The notes under the pieces are model-generated. The model was not told where the DNA came from, searched no databases, and saw only the letters and a list, made by a program, of their open reading frames with translations. A DNA stretch of 64,000 nt. Origin: an uncultured delta proteobacterium. Its GTDB lineage: Bacteria; Desulfobacterota; Binatia; Binatales; Binataceae. The translations under genes and the position numbers were made by a program. Positions 62,954 through 64,000 of the stretch are shown one piece after another. Position 1 is the stretch's first letter; each line of letters starts with the position of its first letter. Location of the stretch: positions 928,001 through 992,000 of the forward strand of contig CAVRVY010000004.1 in NCBI GenBank assembly GCA_963724765.1. The letters are read 5' to 3'.

Positions 62954-64000
62954 ATGTGGATAGTCCGCCTCGCCCTACGCCGGCCTCTCTCGGTTGCGGT
63001 GATGGCGCTTCTGATGCTCGTGCTCGGCACGCTGTCGTTCGAGCTGATGAACGTCGACATCTTTCCAGCCATCAACCTGCCGGTCGTGCTGGTGGTGTGG
63101 AATTATCCGGGCCTGTCGGCCTTCGATGTCGAACGGCGGATGGTGTTTATCAGCGAACGCGCTTACTCAACCACCGTCAACGGCATCGAGCATATCGAGT
63201 CGGAATCGATCAATGGGCTTGGAATTTTAAAGGTCTATTTCCAGCCCGGCACCGATCTCGGCTCGGCAATCGCGCAGATGGACTCGGTCTCCGAGACCAT
63301 CCTGACGATTTTGCCGCGCGGTACCGAACCGCCGCAAATCATTTCCTACAACGCGAGCAACGTTCCGGTCGCCCAGTTGAACATCTTCAGCGATACGCTC
63401 TCGACCGGCCGGCTGTTCGATTATGGGCTCAACTTCATCCGGATTCAGCTCTTCACTATTCCAGGCTTCTCATCGCCCGCGCCGCTGGGCGGCGTGCAGC
63501 GCTCGGTCATGGTCAATATCGATCCGACCGTGCTCTACGCCAACGGGATGTCCGCCAACGACCTCGGCAACGCGCTGACCGCGACCAACGTGGTTATCCC
63601 GTCGGGCACCGAAAAGATCGGCAACTACGAGTACAACGTCGATCTCAACATGAGTGTCCCCAAGGTCAAGGATTTCGACCGGTTGCCGATAAAGTATGTC
63701 AATGGCTCCCCGGTTTTCCTCGGCGATATCGCGCCGGCGACCGACACTCATCAACCACAAACCAACGTGGTACGGGTCGATGGCCGGCAGGCCACCTACC
63801 TGATGGTCATCAAGCACGCCGACGCCTCAACCCTGACCGTGGTTGACGCGGTCAAGGCCAAGATTCCGCTCATCCGCGCCACCGCGCCCAAGGGCTTGAA
63901 TGTCTCGCTCAGCTTCGATCAATCGCAGTTCGTGCGGGCCGCATTGTGGGACGTGGTGCAAGAGGCCGTCATCGCCGCCACCCTGGTCGCGCTGATGGTC
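62954..64000 (+). CDS. RND efflux permease (AcrB/CusA family), 5' part
   Basis: MWIVRLALRRP.., DIFPAINLPVV, TTVNGIEHIES; open to the window end. Confidence 0.92.
   Translation, partial: MWIVRLALRRPLSVAVMALLMLVLGTLSFELMNVDIFPAINLPVVLVVWNYPGLSAFDVERRMVFISERAYSTTVNGIEHIESESINGLGILKVYFQPGTDLGSAIAQMDSVSETILTILPRGTEPPQIISYNASNVPVAQLNIFSDTLSTGRLFDYGLNFIRIQLFTIPGFSSPAPLGGVQRSVMVNIDPTVLYANGMSANDLGNALTATNVVIPSGTEKIGNYEYNVDLNMSVPKVKDFDRLPIKYVNGSPVFLGDIAPATDTHQPQTNVVRVDGRQATYLMVIKHADASTLTVVDAVKAKIPLIRATAPKGLNVSLSFDQSQFVRAALWDVVQEAVIAATLVALMV

Noticed and set aside
62929-63846. 305-aa ORF in the track
   Set aside because: Out-of-frame overlap of the real RND permease that starts at 62954.

Overview
High-GC bacterial chromosome segment. 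The gene repertoire (several luciferase-like monooxygenases, APH kinase cluster, Tad pseudopilins) suggests a Candidatus Binatota-like soil organism; that assignment is inference only. Left ~23 kb: an accessory stress/dormancy-type island (MacAB-like ABC exporter, DUF2267, OsmC, alpha/beta-hydrolase-PRTase fusion, hemerythrin-like protein, M50-CBS protease, a 60-aa orphan, PCMT-erythromycin-esterase fusion, USP, ExeA-LysM, CBS protein). Six sigma54 -24/-12 motifs precede many of these genes. The island also holds three decayed gene remnants (including an inverted and deleted ABC transporter and an AbiEii toxin fragment) and a CHASE3/4x heme-type PAS phosphorelay. Middle: PhyH dioxygenase, pyruvoyl arginine decarboxylase, amidase, TPP enzyme-pcaHGB, LLMs, ferritin-like protein, MFS, APH cluster, and a kdp(Z)FABC operon that appears to be controlled by sigma54 through a split KdpD, a separate kinase and an NtrC-type activator. 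Right: FAD/Fe-S oxidoreductase, MDR dehydrogenase, CitE/Mcl-like lyase, orphan tadG-tadE-tadE, Tat-exported atypical SOD-like protein, argC-rpsI-rplM-tRNA-Asp and a partial RND permease. No CRISPR array, rRNA or intact mobile element was seen. All calls come from reading motifs by eye; no searches were run.
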